From the NCBI RefSeq assembly GCF_001194135.2, contig NC_068982.1:176978511-177042510 (forward strand): 64,000 nt of DNA. The letters run 5' to 3'. A program made the position numbers and the translations under genes. A model generated the notes under the pieces. It had not been told where the DNA came from. It was given only the letters and a program-made list of their open reading frames with translations, and did not search any database. Position 1 is the first letter of the stretch; every line of letters starts with the position of its first letter. Shown here piece by piece: positions 1 through 13,201 of the stretch. The DNA is from Octopus bimaculoides. Its lineage: Eukaryota.

Positions 1-1324
1 ATATATTATTTCTCTCAATTCAGCAATATTGCATCTTAACAAATTCGCTTTTATATTAATATTAAACATTGAAAGACTTACATAATTATATTAGGAGGTT
101 CAGCAATTTACAAGTAGTTAATAATACAATGAATTTGTAAATGAGGGAAATGTGCTATATATTGTAGCTCTCGTAATTTGTCGCCCCTAAATGATTTATC
201 AAAATTTGCTCGAATTTAAATTAAATTTTGAGGATAACCATAGAGGAATGCACTGTAAATGAATATAAGATTCGATGTCATTTCTTTACTGATTGTTACA
301 CATATAATACTAAATGTCTACGTATCGCAAGTTCTATCACAGTTTCGCGTTGACTAATTTTGATTCTTTAAAATTTCAAGTTTAGTCCAATTATGTCACA
401 ACTTTTCATTTCGTTATTTTGTTTAACTTTTTTTTACCTTCTCAAAATATACTTTAAAATGTACCATGTAATTTTGAACCTACCAAACATAGCTTTATCA
501 GAATCATTAGAAATTAGGAATATTGCTGTGACCCCCTAGGTTCAAAGAATGATTTGAATTCAGTTCTGCAATCTAATCAAAATATTGAGATAACTGCTTT
601 AATGATTTTTACATGTAGCTTCTCTCTAAATATAGTGTACACTTACACCCTGATTCATTTTTTGACTTCTAGCTAAACATGTAGTGACTATATACGTTTC
701 TATTTTGTCATCAGTATTCACTATAATCTTCTTCTTGTGGTATCTATGAAAGAGACTCTGTCTGGAGTCCTCAATTTATGAACTTGGTTTTATGTGAATA
801 AGTATCGAACTAAAGAATGTTGCCTAATATTTTCGCTATACAGGGTTCCAGTCGAAAATTGTTTTGTTTTTCTCTTAGCCTGGATGTGAAAATAGATATC
901 TTGTGAAAATTACAAACATCAGCTACTTAAGCACACAGAGAGCCATCACAACTATGAGTCTCAATTGATAATGTGTACGCGTCAAACAATTTCATTTGTT
1001 CAGTGGAACAATATCGGAAATAAGATAAATTTATTATAAAATATATAGCCATTAAAAATAAAATTACTGAGGATGAATGTCATTTTATTTCATTTATGGG
1101 AGATTACACTTTTTTCTTATAATATCCTCAATATTAAATTCGTTATTAATGTCACTTCAAAATATTCGCTTGTATTGTTTTTCCTCCTAAATATTATATC
1201 ACAAACTTTTTGAGACAAAGTAGAAAAGGAAATAGATTTATTTTGTTTGGCTGTAACACTTTAATGAACTGTTTTCTGTAGGTCATGTTCTAAAGCTCTA
1301 TAATATGAACACGATAAAATTGGG

Positions 1325-1600
1325 TCACATATGTTCAAACAATTTCAATAGATAGAAAAATTGATTCAGTTTACAATATTCAATAACATTTTCCCCGTTT
1401 CTGAACCAGTCGAGTTTTATACGTATATTTATATAATTAGTCAGAAAAGCATACACTTGCTCATCTTTGTAGTTGTTGAACGGGCAACGTTTGGTTTTAA
1501 CTTGCCTTATAATGTGTTCCAAGTTACCTGAGGATGGTGTGTTTTTTGCAATGATGTCGCTTAAGAATGCATCAATAAAATGCTACCCAAACAGTTTTTG
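1325..1600 (-). mobile_element. Highly decayed Penelope-like GIY-YIG endonuclease C-terminal fragment (tentative)
   Basis: Minus frame reads RCPFNNYKDEQVYAFLTNYINIRIKLDW..NG....CKL. This loosely follows the SFxN...TxLSxYI...W...NG..CxLC pattern seen more clearly at 24345 and 54650. Confidence 0.3.
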
Positions 1601-1913
1601 TGAATTGTCAACTCCACTTGTGTTCCTCTATACAGCAGCCACTCCGCCGGGAACCAAACGTAGGTCAGATCTACTACTTATATTGGATTTGGTACTTATA
1701 TGTACATATATATATATGTGTGTGTGTGTGTGCATGTGTGTACATATGTCGCTCCCAAATCTAACTTCATTCTTTTACTTTGCACAATTTCATTCCTCGG
1801 TAATTCTAATTCTGTTCAGAAAGACTCCCAAGAAATGTGTAACAGTAACAATACTGAAGCTTTTGTTTTTAAATTTGGTCTTTTTTTTTTTGCTTGTTTG
1901 TTTTGATACGATA

Positions 1914-2035
1914 AAGGGTAAAGTCCCCTTCGTTCATGAATGCCGATGGGATTGCACCAAGAAAGTTCCCCTCCAAGGGCAAGGTTGTTTATGGAAGACC
2001 AGCAGTCGCCCATGCATATCAGCTTCCCCTCTATA
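1914..2035 (-). mobile_element. tRNA-derived SINE family A, 3' fragment
   Basis: Reverse complement of 24130-24268 (GGTAAAGTCCCCTT...GTTGTTTATGGAAGACCAGCAGTCGCCCATGCAT). Confidence 0.7.
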
Positions 2036-3488
2036 TCGCTGCTATTTCTAGTGGTCAGTGTCCACCATTCACAATGCCACAAAAGGCCGAAACCAAGTGA
2101 TCTGGTTGCCTCGTCGGTAACGATGGCAGGTGATTTATCTCCCCACTAGTGATGTAAACAATGCGCTAATAGCCCATATGAGAGGCCTTCTCTTAGTAAC
2201 TATCGTAGTATTTTGCATTCTAACGTAACATCCATATTGAAGTGGAGATAAATATTACCTTTTGGTATTGAGATTCATTATGTTTCTTCCCATATTGCAT
2301 AACCAAGTGCCAAAGCATAAACTGATAATAAATTTACACGAAACTGCGACACTAGTCAGTGTTACCTACATATTTATTTTCTTTGTATCGTATGATTAAA
2401 ATTTCGCCTAGTCGTACCATATTTCACATAGAAATATCAGACCATGTTCACTAATATGTATATGTTGTATTTAGACATTAGTGTGTGATTTGAGGGATGT
2501 ACGACCTCTATTTCTGTCAGTTAAAGAAACGAAGTACTTCTGTGTCACTATTTTACAACACGGAAACTTTCCATGTTGACGTTTCTGTTTTCCTTTGAGT
2601 AAACGTCCTCAACTGTTGATTTCATACAAGTTAGGTGATAGAATCTAAAATATATTCCAATCTGCTTGCTAGCTTTAGAACCTCATATGTAATTTATCTG
2701 TTTAACAATATAACTGGAAGTGAATACAGCTAAAAATAATATAGCTCCGAAAGCTATTTGCGGGGTACGAAACACACATATTATTTTTTTTTAATTGCAA
2801 GATTGAGGAGGCAGTCTGATTGCGAGGACACATTTCACGGGCATAAGTTTATTAGATTAAAAGTCAGCGAATGCCCTTGTCAGTTATTCACTATCAGCAA
2901 TCCCACCTCCAATCATGTATTAGATAAACATGGTCTAATGTTATACTATTTCTCATTACCCGATATTTTATTCCCGATATTATTGAGGAAAAAATCCCCC
3001 GTCATTATTACATAAAGATTGTAGATATTTGGCGATTCGATTTGCATACACAGTCTTCGCTTTAGGGAACCCAAGCAAACAAAGAAAGAAATGCTTATTG
3101 AAATATGGAACGTGGCTCATTCACAGCGTTAAGATTAAGCAAAAACATTTTCTCAGTATTGAAAGAGAATTCTAAGTGTAATATCGAAAACCTTTAAGAA
3201 TGTTTCTGCACTGGTTCCATTTTCTAAACCATATTTCATAATCTCTCCTCGATAATATCCCTATATTCACGCTACTACAAGTGTCTATTTTGAATAACAC
3301 CCAGCAACATTTCGAGCGATGTCAGTGAATGTTGTGCTATAACAACGAAAAATTTTGAAAAATATATGATTGAGAATTAGTTCAGATGTTAGTGTGGTTG
3401 TTTAGCTTTAAGTGAACGCCGATTGAGCAAACGAAATGCAATTGTACAGAAAATACTCTGCACATACAAATATCCTGGCACATGCCCT

Positions 3489-3491
<3 letters not shown>

Positions 3492-3528
<37 letters not shown>
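3492..3528. repeat. (CA)n microsatellite
   Basis: Directly visible. Confidence 0.95.
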
Positions 3529-3531
<3 letters not shown>

Positions 3532-3834
3532 GCACATATATCTATTTATACTGGGTGTTAATGGTAAGATGAAGCAGAAAATAATATAAAGAAACTAAGG
3601 GAAATATCTATAAAACATGAACAAAAGAAAAAAGTAAGTTTAAATACATATGTACATAATGGCATTCGACTCCCCGAAAGTAGCTGAAGATAAAAAAATT
3701 TCAACACATTTTGTTATCCATGCACGGTAGCCAGTATATTTTGTTATCTTTTTTCTTATTAAATAGCAGATTAACAGCAAAAGCATAATAACATTCAATA
3801 CAATTTGTAGTTTCAACTACAAATTCGACTACTC

Positions 3835-3835
<1 letters not shown>

Positions 3836-3875
<40 letters not shown>

Positions 3876-3876
3876 A

Positions 3877-3914
<38 letters not shown>
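3836..3914. repeat. Compound (TCTG)n/(TCTA)n microsatellite
   Basis: Directly visible. Confidence 0.95.
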
Positions 3915-3915
<1 letters not shown>

Positions 3916-4357
3916 ATTACCAAACATAACCGTCTATATTATGCTCATAACACGTGATTTAACATTTGTCTTCTTGGTAGAACTAACAAGTAGAGACTGC
4001 TCTTAAGCAAATTTTCTGTATCCTGAAGTGTTTGTTACATTAGTTTTTCAGATGTGTGCAATGATGAGGGGAAGGAAGCAAGAAATTTAGTGACAAAATA
4101 GTTATGAAGAAATTAAATTTGCATGACATAACTTGTGATAGAACGTCGGCAGCCAAATATTTTTTTATTAGATCAACAGTACTGTGAAAGCCGATTACCC
4201 AAATATTGTTATTAATAGTGGTTAAATATTTTCTACATATACTCAAAAAATCTTGGTAATATTTGAATAAAATATCAGCTTTAATATGAACACTACTGTT
4301 TTGTATTAATTTGATATTCTTAAAAGTAGCACAATCTTGACAACACACAAAAAAAAA

Positions 4358-5535
4358 GGATCTTTTCCCTTTGGACGGCACATTTAAAAAAAACAATTGT
4401 TTGTAACTAAACACTTTCAAAATTCGTATACTGGTAGAATGTGTCAAATAAAACATCATTTACTCTTGGCGTTTTTGAGAAAATTGTCTATTTTCGAAGT
4501 TATTTCATGTTAAAGTTGTCGTATTTCGGTAATTTCAACCAATCAATGACGTCTATTGAGGTGAAAACAATTACTGCTGTTGTTTGTCAACAACAACTAC
4601 CGGCGGTGTATATTTCGTTTGTCACTGTTATTTATGCGTTTGTACTGGTTTTAGCTTTAGGGTTTTAGGGTTAGGGATAGGGTTCGGGTTTTAGAGTTGG
4701 GGTTAGAGTTATGGTTAGGGTTTTATGGTCAGGGATGGTGTTTTAGGGTTAGGGATAGGGTTTTAGTGTTAGGGTTAGGATAAGGGGTTTTTGTAGCTAC
4801 TATTTTCGGAAATACATTTTTGCTTCCCTCCCTCACCAATTTCATTTTCAACATTTTTCCGTAACTCTAACCCTAAAATCCCAACCCTAACCCTAACCCT
4901 AAAACCCCAACCCTAACCCTAACTTTAAAACCCTAACCCTCAAACCCTAACCCTAGCCCTAACTCTAAAACCCGAACCGTAACCCTAACCCTAAAACCCC
5001 AAAGTTAAAACCAGTACAAACGCACGAACGATGTCATAAATAACAGTGACAAACGAAATATATACCGCCGATAGTTGTTGTTGACAAACAACGACAGTAA
5101 TTTTATTTAAGGGAAAAGATCCCAAAATAGGCAATTTCGAAAACGCTAAAACAAAGCGAAAATACTTTCACAAACAAAATAAACTGAAATTTTTTTTAAA
5201 TAACTAATAACTGAATTGATTAAACTATATACACGTGTATCTCAAATGTAAATATATCATAAATAACTGTGACAAACTAAATATACACCGCCGGAACGTC
5301 TTGTTGACAAAGTAGAGCAGTAATTCTTTACACTTGAATAGACGTCATTGATTGGTTGAAATTACCGAAATACAACAACTTTAACACGAAAGAACTTCCA
5401 AAACAAACACTTTTCTTAAAAAATGCCAAGAGTAAATGATGTTTTAAAGGACACATACTACCAGTATACGAAATTTCAAAGAGTTTAGTTGCAAAAAATT
5501 ATTTTTTCTATGTGCCAGCCAAAAGGAAAAGATCC
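4358..5535. mobile_element. Non-autonomous foldback (long-TIR) DNA element with internal telomere-like repeats
   Basis: Left end GGATCTTTTCCCTTTGGACGGCACAT (4358) is the inverted copy of right end ATGTGCCAGCCAAAAGGAAAAGATCC (5535). Inverted similarity continues ~280 bp (4358-4633 vs ~5250-5535). An inner inverted pair lies at ~4572-4790 vs ~4864-5100. No transposase ORF. Confidence 0.8.
4657..5000. repeat. Head-to-head degenerate telomeric repeats: (TTAGGG/TTTTAGGG)n then (CCCTAA/CCCTAAAA)n
   Basis: G-rich array ~4657-4790, ~70-bp spacer, C-rich array ~4864-5000. Confidence 0.9.
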
Positions 5536-6689
5536 AAAAATAATAATTTAAAACAATGAACTTTGACAACTGCATAAGCAGGGTATATAATAAGACTGTC
5601 AAGTAACTTCGTAACTTTATACAGCGAGCCCGTACAAATCTACGGTTCCTGCGGTGTCTAATGCAATGTATCTAATGTCGGAGCAATAATAGAAATGTTC
5701 TAAGCACTGAAACAATAAATGACAAAGAGAATTTTAGAAAGTGCTGAAACGTTAATATAGCAATACAAATTGCTTTCTGATTAGTTTATTTTGTTGAAAT
5801 GTGAAATTTAATCCCTTTTCTCCTACTTTAGTACAATTATTGGGTAAATAATGCACCACTATATTCTTACGTGGCTCTAGATCAAATGCACCGGAGAATA
5901 ATTCGAAAATGACACTACATAATCTGATACAAAAATCATGCTCTCCAATTTAATGGTTTCCTACTTTAGGCAGAAAATCAGCAATTTTTAAGCGACGGTT
6001 TGGGTTAGTCCAGAACACCGACCCCAATGTAGACTGGTACTTTATGTTACCGGTGCTTACAAAGGAGAAAAAAAAACAAAGTTTATTAAAAATCTGACTA
6101 AACACGGCTGAAATTCAGTTAATATCCAACTAGTCTAATCCTAGCTTTTATGGTTAAATCGATTTCATTAAATTCCAATTATGCCACTTAAGCAATTACG
6201 AATGTTATGAACAATAGACAGTCACATTTTCTCCTCGTAATAAACCTGAATAAGCTTGATTTGTAAGAAATCAATACTCCAAAAGCCTGAATGCTGCAAA
6301 TCTATAAGGCAACAGATCGTTATCCACAGCAGTATAGGTCTATAGAGCAGGATTCCTAAGTATTTTCAATAACAAATCATAACGAAATATGCCATCCAGA
6401 AGCAAAAATCATAACCTACAATACGTCTTGGCACTATTGCGACAATTTTCAATTTAGTGAAGTTATTTTAAACATCCATATATGTGCACACTAATATATA
6501 AGGCAACATATTAACGCTTGGTATGTACCGGACTTCAGAAAAAATAAAATTTAATCTTAAGAAATTATGATTTTTAATCCCCACCAACTTAGTTATAAAG
6601 CATGGTTCTCTTCTAAGTTTATCTGTAAATAAAGACAAGTTTCTGCAGGCTCTGCCTACCTCCAATGAAAGAAAAAAAATAAATAAAGC

Positions 6690-6856
6690 ACAGGATCAGG
6701 CATGGTTTTGCGGCAAGAACTTTGTTTCCAAGCTGAATGATCCTAGTTTCGACCTCACAGCATGGCAACTGGGAGAAGTGATTTCTACTACGGCCTTGTG
6801 GCAACCAAAGCCATATGAGTAGGTTTGAAAGATGGAAACTGAAAGCCCATCGTATA

Positions 6857-6911
<55 letters not shown>

Positions 6912-7240
6912 ATAATATATATATAATAGATCCCAATTATATATATATATATATGCATGTGTGTATGTATGTGCGTGTGTATGTGTTATATTTATGTCTG
7001 CGTGCATATATCTGTGTAGCGGTGTGTTTCTCCCCACCAACAACACCACCATTTGACTACCTGTGTTTTATATTTTTGTTTCTTGTACATCCCTTAGCGC
7101 AGCGGTTTGGCATAAGAGACCGATACGATATGTACAGGACTTTCAAATAATATTGTGGTTATTCTATTCAGCTAAACCCTTCAAGTCGGTGCACCAACAT
7201 GACTGCTGTGCACTGGCAAAACAATTAAAAGATAAAAGGT
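6690..7240 (+). mobile_element. tRNA-derived SINE family B (head, internal TA/TG microsatellite, tail), degenerate
   Basis: Head 6690-6856 and tail ~7050-7240 (TTAGCGCAGCGGTTTGGCATAAGAGACCGATA) match the reverse complement of the cleaner copy at 34124-34571. Confidence 0.75.
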
Positions 7241-7426
7241 AAAAATTTCGCCAGCTTTGTCAGACAAAAGTTCATATAGTTCACGTTTCCGACTTTCGAA
7301 AAGGAAATGCATATCTCCCTCAAATAGATATGCACATGTGTGTGTGCATATGCGCGCATATATATATATAATTGCATATACATATTTATATCTATATATG
7401 AATACATACATACATANNNNNNNNNN

Positions 7427-7470
<44 letters not shown>

Positions 7471-7475
<5 letters not shown>

Positions 7476-9009
7476 AACCTGCCCAGAGAAGAAAGCGACT
7501 TTTCACTATGCCAGCAGCTTACTGCAGCGCAAACTCCGTGATATTCAGAATGAGTGGTGGACCGACCTCACACAGAGAGCCCATATGTGCGCTGATTCTG
7601 GCGACTACAGGGGGTTGTATGAAACTCTCAAAGCAGCCTACAGCCCAGCACATCAAGTTCGGAGTCCCCTGTGCAGCTCAGAGGCCAGGCGCTTCTCATA
7701 GACACAGCATCTATCCTCAACCTCTGGTCTGAATTCTTTCAGGCCTTCTTCAGTGCAAACCGACACTGTGAATAGGAAACGTCCGTGGCAGATCCTAAAT
7801 CGATTTGACTGTCCCCAAAACTTCCTAACCATGATCATCCATCTTCACATATCACAGCCATTCCCCATCAACAACGGCATGAAGCAGGACTGTGTCGTAG
7901 CACCAACATTCTTTAACTTCTTCTTTAGCATGATGCTCAAGCAGGCCACTGCAGACCTCGACCTTGAAGACGGCGTCTACATCAGGTACTGCCTGAACAG
8001 CAGTCTTTTCAATCTCCGGCGCCTACTGGCCCACAGCGACCTGAAGGTCAAGTGATCTGAGACCTCCTCTTTTTAGATGATACCGCACTTGTTGCACACA
8101 CAGAAAGAGCCCTGCAACGCATCACATCCTGCTTTGCTGAGGCGGCCCAGCTCTTCTGGCTGGAAGTAAGCCTGAAAAAGACTGAAGTCCTACACTAACC
8201 AGCTCCTCATGAAGACTACAGGATGCCTCACATCGCCATTGTCAAAACAGAACTGAAGTCGGTATCGACAAAGGAAGTAACAACAGACTTGAAAAGCATA
8301 CAAAGCATTTGGCAGACTTCACAAGCGTGTGTGGAATAAGCAGCTTAAGTCCAGCACAAAAGTCAGAGTCTAAAGAGCCGTCATCCTTACGACGCTCTTA
8401 TATGGCTCTGAGTTCTGGGTCCCCTACTGCTGGCATCTCAGGTTCCATGAACGTTTTCACCAACGCTGCTTTCGTACTATCCTCAACATCTACTGGAGCA
8501 GCTACCTCACCAACACGGACGTCTTCAAGCGAGCAAAGGTCACCAGCCTGGAAGCCATTTTACTTGAGACACGACTACGTTGGGCAGGAGACGTTGACAG
8601 TATGAAAGATCACCCAAGATCATCAGGTACGGTGAGTTCACTACTGGCCACCGTAACAGTGAGGCACCAAAGAAGCATTACAATGACTACTTGAAGAAGT
8701 CCCTTAGCGTTTGTGACATTGATTATCGTGAGTGGTCTACTCTAACAGCTGACCGTGCTGCTTGGCGCCAGACATTCAGCGATGATGTTTCCTTCTTTGA
8801 GATCTCTTGCAGTGCCTCTCTTGAAGACAAACGTCAGAAGCGGAGAAATAATGCAGCTGCATCATCAGACTCTAGACAACTATACATCTGTCATCATTGC
8901 AATCGGATATGTCGATCCCACATCGGCCTTATCACTTTATCAGCCACGAACGAGCGTGCAGATGACGTAGACAACAGCCGTCCTAATCTTCGTCAGCGAA
9001 GCCAAGCCA

Positions 9010-9010
<1 letters not shown>
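7471..9010 (+). mobile_element. 5'-truncated, internally deleted RTE-clade LINE (RT and C-terminal remnant)
   Basis: Broken frames give DTVNRKRPWQIL..FDCPQNFLTMIIHLH, NGMKQDCVVAPTFFNFFFSMML, DGVYIRY..LFNLRRL, RLRWAG and a terminal CHHCNRICRSHIGL motif. Ends at AATCTTCGTCAGCGAAGCCAAGCCA followed by (TA)n. Many stops and frameshifts. Confidence 0.9.
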
Positions 9011-9011
<1 letters not shown>

Positions 9012-9054
<43 letters not shown>

Positions 9055-9059
9055 CGTGC

Positions 9060-9107
<48 letters not shown>

Positions 9108-9110
9108 GTG
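9012..9110. repeat. Compound (TA)n/(TG)n microsatellite at the RTE 3' end
   Basis: Directly visible. Confidence 0.95.
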
Positions 9111-9978
9111 TATCAATACATACATAAATACATACATACGGAACATGATGTTAGAGGGTAAGCCTGCATGAAGGAAGAGAGAATTCTCATTGGGTAGATA
9201 CGACAAAATGAGATGCCCTCTCTAACGCTAATCACTCCAATGAGTCTACTAAGTGCGTTTTAGTGGCAGTATCCACAGATAACATGGCTTTATTACTACG
9301 TGAGGTACACAAATGTTTTAACTATCACCACGGTCGTAAATTAGATATACCAATTATATTTCAGTCGATGCATTAGATAACTATGAATGCGTGTCACGTT
9401 AATTACACTACCTTACCGTAGACAATGAAAGAGCGTCGACTCTTGATTGTGTCTTTGAAAAACAATGGAAGATTTATTACTTGTTAAATTTAGAGTTAAG
9501 ATAGCTCTTTTAGAATGAGTCTACGTAGCTTTCAAGAGAAAGACAAGGAATCTTATTGATCTTAATCTCTCGAGAATATACAAAATTCATTAGTTTCTAG
9601 CTCTATGGAAATGTTTCTTTATAATAAAATATTTCCAATAGATAATTGAATAACTAATACATATATCATAGAATAGGTCTCCAGAAATAAAAAAAAATCG
9701 AAGTTTTCTTAATAAGAAATATTCAAATTTCTTACATTAATTTACAATATAAGAATTTCCTTCCGACAACACAAAATTCCAGCTTTCGGAGAAAATGTCC
9801 TCTGGATATTCTGTTAAATCCTATCTATGTGGTAACATAACTGACAGTTCTCTCTTCCTTGCCCCTTACCTCACTTCTTTACCTTTTACAATTACTTCTA
9901 CTCTCATTGCTACTACTACCATCACTACTACCCGACTATCACCAACAACAACTTCACCACCACCACCTGCTTCATCGT

Positions 9979-9993
9979 CACTACTACTACTAT

Positions 9994-10039
<46 letters not shown>

Positions 10040-10040
10040 G

Positions 10041-10075
<35 letters not shown>

Positions 10076-10079
10076 GCTA

Positions 10080-10113
<34 letters not shown>

Positions 10114-10137
10114 AGCTACTACTACTACTACTACTAC
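9979..10137. repeat. Interrupted (CTA)n/(CTG)n trinucleotide tract
   Basis: Directly visible. It explains the poly-L/Y/V ORFs in the track. Confidence 0.95.
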
Positions 10138-11119
10138 GATATTTACAACTGTGCCTACTACTTGAAATGGAACCACTTTGAAGTGTACTTGTGACTGTTT
10201 CGCGAGAAGATCTACCAAAAACGGATCCGTTTAAAACGATGAAATCGTGAAATTGAATTATATCTCAATTGCCAGATTGACTTTGCTTAGATGCGCCAAT
10301 ATTTTGATCTAATAAAGATTCACTTCTTTGAATAACTATGTTCAGTGATAAAACTTTTCAAATGACCTCTTTTTCACTTGATTTATCTATAATTGTATAT
10401 GTCAATCTTCTTGCTCTTCGATGGAAAGAAGACTATTTTCTTAATAATTAAACCATACTTACTGACAGGCTGCTTATGACTACACATATTGGCAGCCTTT
10501 ATCTAACCCATAATAATGGAAGCTCAGTCAAGGATAATTTCTCATCGTATTGTCCATAGAAACTACCAAACTTCTGCTAGATATTTACCAATTACAGATA
10601 TGCATGCTTCAACATTGCTAGTCCGTTACACTGTATATGTACTGATTGAAAAAAGAAAACAGTGATTCCTCGTTAAATATTGCTGTTATCATTGGTAAAT
10701 GATAAACATGGTTTATAGAGATGAAGAAAAAACAAAGACTAAACATATGAAACGAGGCGGTAAAAAGTTATTCCTAAATGCTCTCGACATTTCATAACCG
10801 AGCTTAATTAAACTTTTTATTGCTAGTTCAGGGATTGGCACATCATAAATGAAATGATTTTGATGTTGATTCTTTCATAGACTGCAGTTCCAAACATAAA
10901 GCTAAAATTCCTTCCTTCCGTCTACAGTGAATGTTACTGAGCATGTTTTGTTTAGAAACAACAAATTTAATAGGTACACCAACCCACAATGATATCAAAA
11001 GCGAAGGAAGTTCAATCGGTGGATTTGCATTTCATGCTAATTATAGACCAAAGTATTCAAAGCAGGCAGATCTAAGAAATTTATAAACTAAATATGTAAC
11101 TAAACACACTTGAGGTGAT

Positions 11120-11365
11120 GAGTCCTCTTTATATCGAAGTCCTAGGAGTCATATGGCCACTTACCCGGTTCCCATCACATATAAGGGACTGCTATCACTA
11201 CAGGCAAATTAAGGGGCTGTCAGTCTATCGCAGGGTCACTCATTTATAACTGAGTGTACTGGGGCGAGGTGAATTGAAGTATTTTGCTCAAGAACACAGC
11301 ACACCTTCCGGTTCGAGAATCGAGCCCGTGATCGTGCGATCGTCAAAGCAAGACACAAAGCCAGG
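11120..11365 (-). mobile_element. tRNA-derived SINE sharing its central domain with family A but with a different tail
   Basis: Minus strand shows a B-box-like GGCTCGATTCT and TTGAGCAAAATACTTCAATTCAC...CACTCAGTTATAAATGAG, similar to 24008-24060. It is followed by CCTGCGATAGACTG. Confidence 0.65.
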
Positions 11366-12119
11366 TACCTTCCAATATAGTATTGGAAGGATTATTCGAA
11401 ATAATTGAGGTGAAAACAAGTTATGGAAAAGACATTGGCGAAATCCTTCAGTGGCCTCCACTGTTGAGACTATCAAAATATAACGCGTGGGAAATTCTTA
11501 AGACATGAATAATATTTTTCCCATTTTAATAACTTCACAATTGTCCTGCACGATTAGCTAGCTATGACAGCTTGTTTGTTTCTATACGTATTATTTTAAA
11601 ACAAACCATTAACTTATGAACTAGTTTTCGAAAATATGCCGTGTGTATGCTATTCTGAGAAATCCTACAATTTTGTGGTTAGACATTTTGGTGAAAACCT
11701 TTCATTTCAAAAATGAGAATGCACTAAAAGCTCTAGAAATCTGTATTTACCACAGACATATTTCACAATAATTTTCTTCGTTTCTAAATGCTGTTAACAT
11801 AATGTTTTACGTTCCCAACGAGAATGCTTGTTTCTTTTTCATGCTCTTAGATTGTTTATCATTTCAGTACCACATCTGGAATGTGAACAGGCAACAAGTG
11901 ATAAGACAATCACACATGCGTGTAAAAGGAAACGTCGAGTTAAGTAATATAAGTACCATAAAGTAATGAAACTATTTACTAAAATGGAGGGGGGTGGCTT
12001 AAGACAAATAAAAATATTAAATTTAAAAGTTCGACAGTTACAAAATAAAACGAAAAAATGCTAAAATAAAAATATAACAGGATCCTAGAAAGCAGCCCAG
12101 CATGCAAACAGGAAACTTA

Positions 12120-12290
12120 TTAGTATTTTACCACCTGCTGGATATTTATGAAGCAATGCTGCTGAACCCAAACGATTAATGTGTAAAGCATGTGAATTCG
12201 CAGAGCAAACAAATCAAATATGACTGTGCTCACTGCGCAGCTATTTTTTGTAATAGTGGTTCATTATGTTTTGCTAGCCACTTCTTTACA
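12120..12290 (+). mobile_element. piggyBac-like transposase C-terminal remnant
   Basis: VFYHLLDI (cf. KVFFHLLD), then across frameshifts PKRLMCKAC...KYDCAHCAAIFCNSGSLCFASHF, resembling the piggyBac cysteine-rich domain. Confidence 0.4.
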
Positions 12291-13094
12291 GGATATCAAT
12301 TATAAAGAAATCCCCTGCGTGAATACTTAAATAGAAGTGATCATATAACTATGCAATAAACGTCTTGTTTACGAAGTGAATAAGATTATCAGAGAAAGCT
12401 GAATATGTCATTGAGTTTAATTCTATTTAACTGATTCAATTACAAGATTTCAATGTCTTACTTTATTCTACATTTTAGAACCTCATCATATCCTTTGATA
12501 TAAGTAACAACTAAATTAGCGTTAAGCAGTTAATATTATATTATATTTAGCGTTTCTATATTAGATATTAAAAAAATATCTCATCGACATCTTGATTAGC
12601 TTTTATAAGGTGTGTTGATGTCAAAACGTAAATAAATAACATATTAACTTTGATCAACTAACTTTTAAACACAGCTTCCTTTCAATCTTTCGTTGTTCAT
12701 TTACAAACAATTGTTTCACTGATACTTCCATGCAGTGGTTAGTTTATGTATTACAAATATATCGTCATAAAGTTTGGAGCAACCATGAAGAGGTTCTATT
12801 TTTGTAGATGAATTTTCTAATCGAAAGAATGCTATTGAAAAAAATTCGGAAATTATTCACAGAAAGAGGTTTTTTAAACTTTCTCTCACAACTACGTGGG
12901 TGATCATAGATTTCCTTTTTTTTTAATGCATAAAAACCGCCAGCAGATTTGAAATTGCTAAACGGTTAATTACTGGTAAATGTGATGCTTCGATTCATAT
13001 ATTCCTTTACTGTGCGTTGATGTTTGGCTTATATTTCACTAGCAATAAACCTTCTATATTTAATATCGTTTTTATTTTATGCGTGTGAGTGAGT

Positions 13095-13201
<107 letters not shown>

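Noticed and set aside
1473-2051. 192-aa plus ORF
   Set aside because: It runs through a TA/TG tract, a T-run and an antisense SINE fragment, with no recognisable domain.
4657-5000. Ancient telomere-telomere fusion site
   Set aside because: The arrays are short, degenerate and enclosed by long non-telomeric inverted arms with shared termini, so a foldback element is more parsimonious.
11368-11390. Small perfect hairpin CCTTCCAATA-TAG-TATTGGAAGG; also short hairpins at ~41780-41860
   Set aside because: Too short to distinguish from chance or local slippage, with no functional context.
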